Source: Squalus acanthias
Lineage: Eukaryota
Length of the DNA: 64,000 bases
Assembly (NCBI GenBank): GCA_030390025.1
Contig: CM059447.1
Coordinates: 3,286,001-3,350,000, forward strand
Reading direction: 5' to 3'
Every line of letters starts with the position of its first letter. The stretch's first letter is position 1. A program made the translations under genes and the position numbers. Shown piece by piece: positions 13,051-25,529 of the stretch. The notes beneath the pieces are model-generated. The model made no database searches, had not been told where the DNA came from, and worked only from the letters and a program-made list of their open reading frames with translations.

Positions 13051-13832
13051 GAGTGTATGAGCAGCTCAGGATGCCTCTCCCTCTCTTTCTATACTGCTGC
13101 CCTCTCGCATCTCCTTTTATCTTCCCTCCCCATTCCAAGTGGAGAAGTATGTGGGTGAGGTTGGAAACTCAGCATGCAAGGCACTGAACCTAGTCCTGTA
13201 ACAAGACGCAACATTGCCCTGAGAGGGCGTAACGTTTCTAAACCTGTGCCATTGTCCATGATTTATCAATTACAAATGCTGCACTGTTTGCTCTGACTCA
13301 CTCTGAAATAATTTGATCCACAACTAATGGACTTGTTAAGATTGGTTGCAGTTTCCCATTCAGTAATTATTACTTGGTAACTGTTTCCATAGACTTGGAA
13401 TGCTCTTTTTGGAAAAGTAATTCAATTAAAAAAAAAAAGAAATATGAAGTAAATGTTCAATTGAATCTCAAAACTGAAACATTTGTGAGCCATCTTTAAA
13501 GGCGTGTTCCTTGCTTCCTGAAAAGTTGAGTAAGTACTATCTTCACACAAACTGTGGTGGTATTGCATGGTATCACCCCCTCCCCTTCCTTGTACTCAAA
13601 CTGGTGGACCTTGGAGCTCTTTGTATTTTTGGGGTGGGCACATGGGGACAGGTTTATATACTGAAATCAGCACTGTTGAACTATGCTCAACTTGCATCAA
13701 ATCAGTCTGGTAGGGATGTTAGTGTTTTGGGCAACTACTTGGAAACGCACTCTTGTTGCTTTTTAATACAAAATAAAATAACACAGCTAGTCTGTCTCTA
13801 GTCCTAAAAGAAATCTCCATTCTTTTCCTCAG

Positions 13833-14048
13833 AGGAAATTTTGGAGCGACAGAAAGCAAAACAAGAAGCCGAGATGGAGGAAGTTAAGCGAAAAGCAGCA
13901 GAACAAGCAGAGAAGGCCAGGAGAGAGACTGGGGATAATGGCCAGATGGAGATTGAGAAGTGTAATGAAGCATCAGAAGAGCAAACTGAAGAGAAGGACA
14001 AGGATAGGAAAGAGACTGAAGAAAATCTTCAGGAAAAAGGCACAGAAG
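13833..14048 (+). CDS. BPTF: BPTF internal exon A (EEILERQKAK...KGTE), phase 1-1
   Basis: ttttcctcAG acceptor, G|GTAAAT donor, 216 nt, acidic. Starts EEILE as in the vertebrate BPTF region after PHD1. Confidence 0.88.
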
Positions 14049-15402
14049 GTAAATGGTGCTTACCCACTGTGAAGTCATACTGGGTTAACCATCAGCTAGT
14101 GTCACTGCAGTTATTTCAATTGCTTGCATGCAACCGAGACACTTTGTTCCTGTTAATCTTAAAACTAGATTTGGGGTTCAAATATCTTCTGGGTAATGTT
14201 CATTCCGATGTCTGTTGTAATAGTTGAAGCCAGACTTGAGATCTATAGTACTGAAGTTAGTTCTGGCTTGCATGTACACAGATGGAACAAAAGATCCTGC
14301 TCTTTTTAAAAAAAAATCTATACCATATTTGCATCAGTCTGTTCTAAATTGAACATTATTTGAAACAATGAAAATATGTGCATCATGCCATTTTATTGAT
14401 TAAAATTCAAATCCCAGCAGAGGCACTAGGCTTGAAATTGAACTTTATTTTATTTTAATTTACTTGCTGTGTAGACCCTGAGGCTAGGAAGTTTTCTGTA
14501 TTATTGAGTGAAGTTTATCTTATTGAGCAGCTGCTTAATGAGAACACGGTGGTGTTAAAACTGTCAGACCCAACCTGATTGCAGATCAATTTCACCATGC
14601 TACGGTTGGAACCAGATAGAAACCGTGTTGTCAGCAGGATTTTGATGAACTATTACAGTGGGTGTGTTCGTACTACATCCACTTGACCTGTGGGGTGGGG
14701 AGGAGAAGAGAAGGAGGCATACAGCAGTACAATTATTGATTTTTATCCTTCCAACCCTCCTTTTGTGTTGGGAGAGAGCATTTTGTGTTCCATCTTTACA
14801 AGTCTCGCTGGTGGTTGTGGTGATGGCAGTGGAAGAAATTTAATGGGATGCATTGATAGTAGCAGAAAGGAAGGACAACTTTAACCTGTATTGAATTGGT
14901 ACCAATGGGCTAAACAAGCTGGGTGACAACATTGCTTGCTATGTAACACTATTTGAATAGAAAGTGAGATTGAAAACCGATTGTTGTGTCAGGTTGTATC
15001 TGTTTGAAGGAAATAACTGTTCAGATGTGAACTTGTGAAACATTACCAGTGTTGGGAAAGATTACAAGCTGTTGCCATTGGGAAATACTCCTGTGCCGCC
15101 CTCATCTGCACTGAGGAGCAGTTTTAGCTTTGCCAAAATAAAAATGGCATGGTTGAGAGCCTTTGGATAAAGCCTTGGAAAAGTCCTCGCATGTTAGACA
15201 GCAGTAGGTGATGTTTATTATAAATATTACAGAAAATGGTTTGTGTGTTGATTGTATTTTAAAATGTGAAATGAGTGCTGTTAATTCTGATGTTCTGCTC
15301 AAAATGTGACTGAGATGTGCAAAAATTCTTAGGTATTTCCTAAGAACTTGTAGTCAGGGACATATTCAAAAGGTAGTGCTTGTGTTCTACGTTTTGCTGT
15401 AG

Positions 15403-15612
15403 ACCCCACGCCTAGTGGAGATAACCGTAGCTCTGAAAGTTCAGAGACATTGAAGAGTGATGGCAGCAGCCAAAATCCTTCTGCAGAGGAAAATAAGCCT
15501 CCCCCGTCGAAGGACACTGGAGAGAGTGAGCTGGCAAACCCTGAAGCTGAGAAGCTGACAGAGGAGAAGAAACTGGCAGTCGAATCAGTACAGCTCCCTC
15601 TGGATAGAACAG
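15403..15612 (+). CDS. BPTF: BPTF internal exon B (PTPSGDNRSS...LPLDRT), phase 1-1
   Basis: ttttgctgtAG acceptor, G|GTACAG donor, 210 nt open. EEKKLA motif resembles BPTF. An alternative in-frame donor exists at 15621. Confidence 0.8.
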
Positions 15613-17699
15613 GTACAGAAGGTCACTCATCATACCTCTGAGTGGGGGGAGCAGTTCTTTTCTCGATCGTATTCTAAGTGAACAAACTACCTCCATCTTT
15701 GGAATCATTCCATCAGTCAATTTTTATTTTTCTCTGTTCGTGTTCTTTGCTCATTGCAGTCTGGCTGTCTGTTCACAAACCTATTCATTGGTAAGCTAGT
15801 GGTGCAAATGAGACAATTTACTGACATCTACTAACTTTTAAAAATTGAAACTTGACAATATAATCTTTTTTGGTATAATATTGCTGCTTGAAGTTTTGAG
15901 CTTTGTTTTGTCTGCCTTTCATATTAAAACATTTCTAAGATGTATCTTAAGTGATTTAACTGCATTTTGATTGTAGCGACTTCATATTTTTCCCCATTTT
16001 AAGTTTAGATTTTATCCTCTGCTCCTGAATGCCCAAATTCTTGCTGAGTTTGTTCCTGTCCTCACCCAATGAGCCCATGTGCAGTTTCTAACTGGATATT
16101 GGGCAGAAGCAGGAACAGTGATTAACTATTCCTTTGACTCGCTCAGGGACATTGAGGATTGTTGTACCGCTCCCATTGTCATCCTGGCTGAAGCCTGCTA
16201 ACTTACTGCAAACCAGGTCCACAGCTGCTTTGTATACCCGAGTATCACGCTCGGCAGTGCATTGAGTCATTGAGAGGGCATCATTATTTTTTTGCAGTTA
16301 GCCTTTGGTGTTGGACTCTTGACATTACACACAAACCTTTCTCCCCATGATTACTTCAATGCATACTGGAAGATGACTATTGTCTGTGTATGTATCGTCA
16401 GATTGTAGAACTTTTTACTTCATAGTCATTTTCAATTAGATTTATTGATCTGTGTAGCAGTGGTCCCTAGAGGAGGGAAAACTGTTCGAGATGTTATATG
16501 GCTTTCACACCCTACCAGATGAATCCCAAATTACTTAAATTAATATCTAGCAGTTAAGGATTTATTGACGGAATATTTTAATTTACATCCTTCATCTTCA
16601 GTAATCATATGTTTAGTAGATGTCATCGCCAATGAAATGCATCTGAAACTTCTTGTTCATGTATTAATTTTTTTTGACGCCCATATAGTGTCTTTTGTTG
16701 CTTGAAACACTGACTTGGTGTTAATTAACAGTCAGTAAGGTGGTTCAGAAAGTTGCGTGCAACTTTTGTTGTATTTTCTTAAGCAATAAGTAAAACACAA
16801 AGTGGTGAAATGTTCCTTTTATAATGGGGTTGTACCTGTTTTTCTGGATATCGGTAGTTTTGGAAATGCTATTTTTGTCTCGGCTAAACTTGCACTCCAG
16901 ATTCGTTTCAAGTTCGCCAGATTTTATTTTTTGCTTATTTTAACCTGGAATTATACTTAATATTTTTAAGTGAATATTCTAATCCGGTCTGGTGTAACTA
17001 TGGACAAATGTTAAATAATCCAAAAGGAAAAACAACTGGAGGGACTGCTTTCAATGAGCAACCGAAGATAAAATAAAAATATCCAACTGCAGTTATTGTT
17101 TACAAACTGCTGTTTTGTAACCTGTTTTAGAAAGACACCCATATAACAGAGCATTGCACCATTGACTGTGTCTCACAGTGGTTCTTTCACTTGTGTCAAA
17201 GAGCATTGCAAGTGCCTTGCTTGTATCGCTGGTGACTGCTGGGTTGTTAACACCCGTAAAATAAGTTTCATGGCACATGTTCTATAAATTTCCGTTTCCA
17301 TTTTATTTGTTGTATGCTTTAAGCATGAATGTTTTAAATTTCTTCCTGGCAAAATCTGTGTTCAAAGTTAAGCATGTTCGTACTTGGAAGTAGAATGCTT
17401 TTTTTTATATTACACTAATAGGCCAGATATCATACAGCAAAGGACCCTTCCTCTGGCCCAATAATAAGCCTCTGCCCCACTCTCGGAAGAGCACCACCTA
17501 CTGCACCAGTATAAATTTTTCCAATTCTCCCACTAGCCATCCTTGTGGTTTATGTGACTAAGAAGGCATTTAACATAAAATTATCCATAATTTGACATAG
17601 AGCTCACACCCATTAGGAACTTAGTTGAAATTGGCCAATCTCATTTTTCCCACAGGACCGTGACACCCAAAACACAGAGAATGTATATGGAAGATGATT

Positions 17700-18130
17700 G
17701 AGACATAGGGAGCAGTTTGCTCAAATCTTGCCAATGACGACAATTAGGAGGTTTGGCATGAGTGAGGAGGACTGTTTGGAGTGCATAGGTTAGCAGAATG
17801 GGCACATGTGCAAGTGCAGGAAGAAAAAGCTGTAAAAATTTAAAAAAAGCTTGCAACATTGAGTTTTATAAATGGGAGCAATAAGAGAAAGTCTAAGTCA
17901 TAAATTTATGCAAAGCAATGGTTAGGTCATAATTTGAATAGTGTTTGTAGTTTTGGGCACTCTTTTATAGCAAGGACACTGAAATACCTAGAGGGCTTGC
18001 AGTTTAGATTCAGCAGGATGATACCAGAGGTTGGAACTACAGTAATAGACTTGAGATACTGGGACTACTTCAATTGGTGTTTGATAAAACTAAGAAGAGG
18101 TTTAATAAAGTTTTGTTTTAAATTAAGGGT
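17700..18130 (+). mobile_element. Highly degenerate CR1 LINE fragment
   Basis: Remnant LEGLQFRFSRMIP / LRRGLIK motifs in ORF 17934-18257; boundaries approximate. Confidence 0.5.
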
Positions 18131-18844
18131 TTTGTTAGGTGTTTTGTTAGGTGTTTTTTTAATTGCTTTTAAATGTATTCCCCAAGTAATGCACCAGTTC
18201 TTGAACAAGACTAGTTATGCAACTTCTATTTGGTGCCAATCCCCTCATGCAGTTTAGATCAAGAACATAGTGTGTAGTAAATCATGGCCACCAACCCACC
18301 TCCAACTATTCTGTAGCATGTTGGAGGACTAACATGATGCATCACAATTTCACACCTCTTGATTAAAGTTATTTATGTTATTGCGACCTTTAGTACTTTT
18401 CTATTACAAGATCACAAAACTTAAATATATATTTTACAGACCACTGAGTTAACTTAAGAAATATGAGTAGGACTAGGCCATGCGATCCCTCGAGCCTGCT
18501 CCGCCATTCAATAAGATCATGGCTGATCTTCTACCTTATAAAGGGTTATTCTTCACGTCCACTTTAGACAAGTTTACAAAAAGGCAAAAATATATAACTT
18601 AATTGCTCCTCAACATGTGGCATATTGTACTGCTGAACCTGTCATTGAAGCATCTTGCTTTCTACGATTGCATATTTTAAAATTCACTGCATGACACCTG
18701 TTGCATTGGAATATCACGTTCTTTTTGTCCTCCATATTTTTTTCTTGTGATTGAATCATTTCATTGTTTACTTTTTTTATACACAGCATTTAAAAATGCA
18801 CTTCTTTTAATATGAAGAGATTGAAAGGGAATCATAAATTGACT

Positions 18845-19170
18845 CTGTTCCCTGTTGGTTCAGTGGGTAAACACTGAGTCATATAGACTAGGAAGGTCCA
18901 AATTTGATTCCTAGTCTCTGCTATAACTCGCCTCCGCACCCAGGCCAGGAAAGGTAAAATTAGCCATCGTATTCTCTCCTGATTGCTATCCAGTGACTCC
19001 TGCTGGAAAGTGTGGACATCAGGTGAGGACAACATCAGGCTTGTGTTAAATATCCATCTGACATTCAGGCTCAAGGTTTACATGTGAAGATTGGCAACTG
19101 GGATGAGATCCAGAGGGCCATGGCACTGTACCAAAGCATGAATCAACAACTTGAGAAAAAGAGGAGAGAA
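18845..19170 (+). mobile_element. Ancient tRNA-headed SINE-like repeat (unnamed family, several diverged copies in window)
   Basis: Shares motifs (CTGAGCCA..AGACCAGGAAGGTCC, CTATCCAGTGAC.CCTGCTGGAAAG) with diverged segments near 9640-9980(-), 28545-28830, 37000-37330(-), 43355-43720 and 53340-53650. Confidence 0.55.
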
Positions 19171-19607
19171 ATTTTTGGAGGGGTGAGTGGGAAGCAGCAT
19201 TTAGAACGATATTGGGATCTGTTTGATACCAAGCTCTTTTTGTTCCTGGTGGTTTAAGCAGGAAGAGATTGGAGAGAGAACTGCTATTGTCCTTGTTTAC
19301 TGTACTTTTGTATTGTAAAGAATAAACATGCAAACAAAAATTGTTTTTGGGTAACATAATTTAAGTGCTGTATTATCTTCAAATAGGAAATTATAATGAG
19401 AAAACTTGAATTCAGTTTGACCAATTTATTTTTGAGATGCCTGCAACACAGTGTTCATAACTACAGTGGGTGACCCATTTCAGTGGTTGAACCTATTGTC
19501 CAGTGAGGTTGATGACCATTCTGTCTAGCTGGTTAGGAAGGGAGGTGTGTAAGTTGTTTTTGATGTCTAAGATACCAATTTGTGTTGCTTCTTTTCTACT
19601 TCCTCAG

Positions 19608-19808
19608 AAGATAATGTTGAGAATTCTACTGATGCTACTACCACTGCCATGAAAACCATGTCGCCATCGCTATCTGCTGATGATAGTAACAGCAATGTGG
19701 ATTTGTCCAATGAGACATCCACTCAGGATGCCAGTTTCAAGATAGCTGAGGATTTAGAGAATATGGAGGGGTCCTCACAGTCTTCAGGGAATGGTCAGGA
19801 AGACACAG
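19608..19808 (+). CDS. BPTF: BPTF internal exon C (EDNVENSTDATTT...QEDT), phase 1-1
   Basis: Pyrimidine tract plus CAG acceptor (NAGNAG cagaag), CAG|GTGAAC donor, 201 nt open, S/T/D/E-rich. Confidence 0.82.
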
Positions 19809-20554
19809 GTGAACTTTAATTATTTCCTTCAAAAATGCAACCTTGCAAATACATCATGTAATTTGAGTTTAAGCGCATCTTGAAAACACAGCGCATTTGT
19901 CAGGACTGGTGCTAGTCAAGATTTTACTTGCTAATTCAACTGCAGCCCCAAAAATTGTATGGACAAAACTCTCATGATCTTTTGAAAGTTATGTTTAATT
20001 TTGCATTAAATAACATGAACCCTTTCTGATTTCTGTCCAGCTGATTACAGTTATGGTTTTAATTTCTCGTGTTACAGGGTGTGGAAGAAGGTGGGCTGTC
20101 TGTTAAGAGTCAACTCTCCATGAGTAATGCAAGGATAGTTTATGGGTGGCATGGTAGCATAGTGTCCCGGCACACCAGTGCACGGTGCCATACCACTGAT
20201 TACAGTTGTATCCAAGCAGAGGCAAGCATCTCCCCACAGCCAGGGATGGGAATGTTAGAGGGAAATGCTCTAAGTACCTGCTAGCAGCCAATTCACAAGT
20301 AGCATGAGTGGAGTTTGAGATACAGTTGTCTGCCCAAAAGAACGCAGGAAATGCTGATTTGATAAGCCGGGGCTGAGAGAAATTTAGAGGATCGTGTAGC
20401 CTCTCTCGTGAAACCATCCCCCAAAATATACCTTCCCCCACCTCCCCTTTTCCCCTCCCAGTTTACTCTTTTGGGTCCTTTTCCAATTAGGATCTACATA
20501 TATGGGGAATTGTGGACACAAACCTACATCCTACCACCCTGTGCTTTGATACAC

Positions 20555-21474
20555 AAAATCCTAGAGCAATTTATTATCTTAATGGCAAGAAACTGGAGAG
20601 TACTGAAGTGCAAAGGGATCTGGGGGTCCTGGTGCACGAAACTCAAAAGGTTAGTATGCAGGTGCAGCAAGTGATTAAGAAGGCAAATGGAATGTTGGCT
20701 TTCATTGCTAGGGGGATAGAATATAAAAATAGGGAGGTATTGCTTCAGTTGTACAAGGTATTGGTGAGACCGCACCTGGAATACTGCATACAGTTTTGGT
20801 GTCCTTACTTAAGGAAAGACATCCTTGCTCTCGAGGCAGTGCAAAAAAGGTTCACTCGGTTAATCCCGGGGATGAGGGGGTGGTCATATGAGGAGAGGTT
20901 GGGTAGATTGGGACTCTACTCATTGGAGTTCAGAAGAATGAGAGGAGATCTTATTGAAACATATAAGATTGTGAAGGGGTTGGATCGGGTGGATGCGGGG
21001 AGGATGTTCCCGATGACGGGTGAGACTAGAACTTGGGGACATAGTCTTAGAATAAGGGGCTGCTCTTTCAAAACTGAGATGAGGAGGAACTACTTCACTC
21101 AGAGGGTGGTAGGTCCATGGAATATGCTGCCACAAAAAGCTGTAGAAGCTACAACATTAATTAAATTTAAAACAGAAATAGACAGTTTCCTAGAAGTAAA
21201 GGGCATTAAGGGTTACGGGGAGCGGGCAGGAATTTGGACATGAGTCTAGGTTCGGATCGGTCATGGCCCTGTGGGTAGTGGAGCGGGCCCAGGGACCGTG
21301 TAGCCTGATTCTGCTCCTATTTCGTGTGTGCAATTCTGTTAGATGCAGGAGATGGTTCTGTGATAGATAGTAGATTGGCGGTTAGCATCAGATCAGCCAT
21401 GATCTTATTGAATGGCGGAGCAGGCTCGAGGGGCCGATTGGCCTACTCCTGCTCCTATTTCTTATGTTCTTATG
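20555..21474 (+). mobile_element. Young 5'-truncated CR1 LINE, near-identical twin of 11171-12150
   Basis: Same ORF2 C-terminus and 3' UTR; about 5 substitutions seen by eye; different 5' truncation point and flanks. Confidence 0.95.
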
Positions 21475-22878
21475 ACACACTATGCTGTTGGAAGTATTTT
21501 CAAAGATTTCACAAATGATCCCCTTCCACTTGGTACTTTGCCTGGGCGTGTAATCCTAAATATCTCTGAGGTATTGTAACTAAATCTATCAAGCTTGACT
21601 AAATAGGAGATAAGTACCTGGACTGTTGTAAAACTATAAAACTCCATGACCTAATTCTTAACCATACAATTATTAAAGCCATGTCCCTTGGAGTGATTCT
21701 TTTCTATTGACCTGATTTGAAAGGGGGAGTGTAGTAAATTTTACATGGATAACTCTTTCAGTTTCCATTAATATTTTGCACCTCACTATGGTCTGTTTGC
21801 AAATATTTTCTAAAACTTTAAAAAAAAATCAAGTGTGTTAATATCTCCCACAGTATACTAAGGATTAATCAGTTGGTTTGCTGCAATTTCTCTCGCTCTC
21901 TTCAGTGAGCCACTTGATGTTAAAACTCTATATTTAAAACCTATTTGCATCTGTGAACCATTGTTTATCTAAATGTTCCTATTGTGAAACTGTAGCTGCT
22001 TATTCATCCCACTCCTGAAAAAATAGACCATATGATGAATGTTGCATTTAAAAGAACAGCTGATATAAACCAGAAAGAAAGCTGAGGTTTGATTACTCTT
22101 GGGGATTTCCACGCCCGTTTTTGACCACATGGACCGCTTCAAGGGATCGCGTGTAATAGAGTTTCTGCATGTAACTAGTTTTCCCCCACCTTTAAGCAAT
22201 GGCATGTCCCATCTCTGATTATTGATTATCCCCTCTATTTGTACTGGTTTTCTTGTACTGGTATTTCTAAGTTAGTTCACCGATTAGTATTGTACTGAGT
22301 TTTAAAAAACTTCTGCAGACTTGCATCTACTGGAAACTAGACCTAGGCTACCAAATTCATTTGGGACCCTGAAGAGCCAGGCAATTCTAGTTAAAGATCA
22401 CAAGATAATCTAGTATCTTCATACAATAAACCAAAATGGTTTCTATATATTTTAATGGTTTTCTTTTGCAGGCTCGGTCTAAAATGTGTGTTTAGTTGTA
22501 TTTTCAAGGATAATAATAAACAACTCTTTCAGCCCCCTTCCCCAAATCAATACATGCTGGCCAAAATAGTTCAGGGAAGCAATTATACACAGTTGCTGCT
22601 ATTGATGCTGCTTTTACTATAGAATGACATTCCACATACTCTTGAATCATGCTAGAGGCCGGAAGCTATGCAAATTCTGAAAAATTAGTTTGAAAAAGTT
22701 TTCCTTGGATTGAAATTCCTTTCTTAAAATATATCAAATGGACAGACTGCTGGTTGGCTGGCTGGCTTTGGTCTTTATGCATATGAGTGGGAAATAATGT
22801 GTAACAATATATCTAGGATTGTTAGGTGAGTGAGTTAAGCACTGCCACTGATACCTCTGCAATGATTATTTGCTATAG

Positions 22879-23072
22879 AATCAGCAGAACTCGGCAGTGA
22901 TAAAGCAAATGGCGAAAATGGTGATTTTTCTGGAGCTGGTAAAGGATCATCTATCCCAACTAGGATGGTCACAAGGTTACGGAACCCTGACAGCAAGTTG
23001 AGCCAACTGAAGAGTGCCCAGGCTGCTGCTGCAGCACATGAGGCAAACAAATCATTTAAGGAAGGGAGAGAG
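22879..23072 (+). CDS. BPTF: BPTF internal exon D (...TRMVTRLRNPDSKLSQLKS...FKEGRE)
   Basis: Conserved RLRNPDSKLSQLKS and AAAAHEANK motifs; GAG|GTGAGA donor. The acceptor could alternatively be the in-frame CAG ending at 22884 or 22887. Confidence 0.92.
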
Positions 23073-23438
23073 GTGAGAGACAAGCTTGTACTCTTTTAAA
23101 AATGTATATTTATATTGAATTACATTTGCATTATGTTGCATCCTATACAAAAATAAGATGCATGTTGATTATTTAAATTGCTTTTAAAACTCACTGTGAC
23201 TTGAGCTTTTCTCTCAAAAGTTGACATTAAATTGATTCCAGGCATTTCTTCTTGGTTTCCCCCCCCCCCATTTAAAATAAGAACATAAACTCTGGAGCCA
23301 GAAAAGGCCTTTTAGTCCATCAACTTCACTGCATCCAAATTTCATGTATGTTTGTGTTCTCCTGCATTTGTCCCCCATTGCTACTTGTTGATTCCTATTT
23401 CAAAGGAACTTTGAGTTCTTTATCTCCCTGACAATGGG

Positions 23439-23645
23439 GAAAAAGTGAGAAGTCGCACAACACCAGGTTTTAGTCCAACAGTTTTATTTGAAATCACAAG
23501 CTTTCGGAGCGCTGCTCCTTCGTCAGGTGAAGTGGCAGCAGCTCCGAAAGCTTGTGATTTCAAATAAAACTGTTGGACTATAACCTGGTGTTGTGCGACT
23601 TCTCACTTTTGTCCACCCCAGTCCAACACCGGCATCTCCGCATCA
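23439..23645. mobile_element. Penelope-like element remnant with inverted pseudo-LTRs and a 10-bp TSD
   Basis: 70-bp inverted arms at 23441-23510 and 23541-23610; flanking direct repeat TGACAATGGG at 23429-23438 and 23646-23655; contains a hammerhead motif. Confidence 0.8.
23494..23530 (-). ncRNA. Minimal (type I, Penelope-associated) hammerhead ribozyme
   Basis: Minus strand reads UCAC-CUGACGA-A-GGAGC-AGC-GCUCC-GAAA-GC-UU-GUGA: conserved core, stem II, palindromic AGCU stem III, stem I UCAC/GUGA. Confidence 0.78.
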
Positions 23646-23894
23646 TGACAATGGGAAGGGAGGGAGGAATATAGGCAACGTTACTCATATCTCTATAATC
23701 CTCAATCCCCTTCCTCAGTAGATAGAAGTTGTCAATTTAGCCTGAATGCACTACCTTCTCGAAGTCTGTTGCACAAAAAATATTCAGTTTAGAACACGGT
23801 GTTTAAAGATATTCATATTGAATTAGCAAAGGCAGTGTGGAATTTGGGGAATGTATTGATATAAAATGGTATATTGAGTCTATTTGCTTTTCAG

Positions 23895-24250
23895 GTCCTG
23901 GTGGTAAATTCACAAGGGGAAGTCTCTCGCCTGAGCGCAAGAAAAGATCTGGTGATGAAGGGAATTGTGAATAACTTGTTTAAGTTGGGTCAAGAGGGAA
24001 AGTATCGTGTCTACCAAAACCAATACAGCACTAGCACCTTGGCACTCAACAAGCACCAGCACCGAGAAGATCATGACAAACGACGGCACCTTTCACACAA
24101 GTTCTGCATGACCCCTGCGGGCGAGTTCAAGTGGAATGGTGCTGTGCATGGGTCAAAAGTGCTTACAATCTCTACTTTAAGACTGACCATTATCCAGCTG
24201 GAGAATAATATCCCATCCTCATTCCTGCACCCTAACTGGGCTTCACATAG
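23895..24250 (+). CDS. BPTF: BPTF internal exon E (VLVVNSQGE...HPNWASHR)
   Basis: ttttcAG acceptor, AG|GTGAAT donor; highly conserved FKLGQEGKYRVY and HREDHDKRRHL. Confidence 0.97.
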
Positions 24251-25529
24251 GTGAATGGAATTAGTTTGTTTGCGTGTTTATAGATTAATCACATTGAAGT
24301 GCAATTTATGCTTTCTTTTGTGCTGCCATAATTTTCTTTTGATTCTGAAAGGAGATGGTGAACACTGAGCCCATTTCAATCAGAAGACAACAGCAGCATT
24401 TCAGGAGGGAAGAACTATTTTAGAACTAGCCAGTAAATGTCATGAGCATTGTGCAGGCTGTAGTTCGGACACCATCAGCAATGTTGTACTGCTGGTGTCA
24501 AATGTTGTGATATAGCACCAACATATAAAGTGTAGTAAGATGGGGTATTGGACTTACAAAACTATTTAGTCAAGTGTAATGGAATGAGGCAGCACAATAT
24601 CCACTGTTCAATACTTGAAACTGCGTCCCTCTCCTTTGTAAAACATATGTATGTAATGGCTTTCAATCCCTTTCTTGTCTGAAAGAAAACGGAGATAAGT
24701 GGTTTCACTGGGGCTGTCTGCCCAAACAGAAGGGGATGGGGTGTTACTTCACTGATCTCCTTTTGACCAGAGGCAAGTTAGGCATAGGCGCATCTGTACA
24801 GATATTCAGAAGCACTTGGATGTATTTTCAGGTAGAGGAGTTGTAATCATGAGCAGGTGAGTACCTGTGTTTCAAACCTGCCCCATGATTGAGAGCACAT
24901 CGTGAATGTGTTTTTGTTAATAAACAGTCTTTCATGTTTCAGTATCTCGACGAATAAATTACATTTCAAATTGAGTGTTCATAAATTCAGATTGGGAGTA
25001 GATCTAAAATGATGAGGTAATGCAGCTTTAAGTTTTGCTTAAATGTTTATCTGTTTATACATGCCTCATTTTTGATAAGCGTTTGGATTTACTGTCAGTT
25101 GGGTTGGAATTTTATTATGTTTGGTTTTCTAGTTTTTTTAAAAGATGAAAATGGTATTAAATTCGAATCTGAATGAGTGCAAAAAGTACAGTTTAAAATT
25201 TCTGTCCATTTATCTCTGTTTTTGAGCATTTTATAAATGTCATGGAGCTGAACTTAATCCTTTTAAGTCTGGGAAACATTATCAAACTTTACTGGGAAAT
25301 CAATTATGCCTGACTACTTTTTCTTGCCAAACATTTGTTTTCTTGATCTCCTTTGTTGTTTTCTATAACACGACCCCCCCCACCCCATCCCCATCCCCAT
25401 CCCCAGTTTTTGCTACTCTTCACCTTTGAATATAAGCTGTCTCATTTCATTTAATACTGGTCCTAACCACTCTCATATACCCATCACTTTATTGCTGCAG
25501 AACTGTCTCTTTTGCCTTTCGGGGTATAT

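Noticed and set aside
11177-21243. The two 243/244-aa ORFs as a duplicated host gene
   Set aside because: Both are CR1 ORF2 C-termini with LINE tails; their flanks are unrelated, so this is not a segmental duplication.
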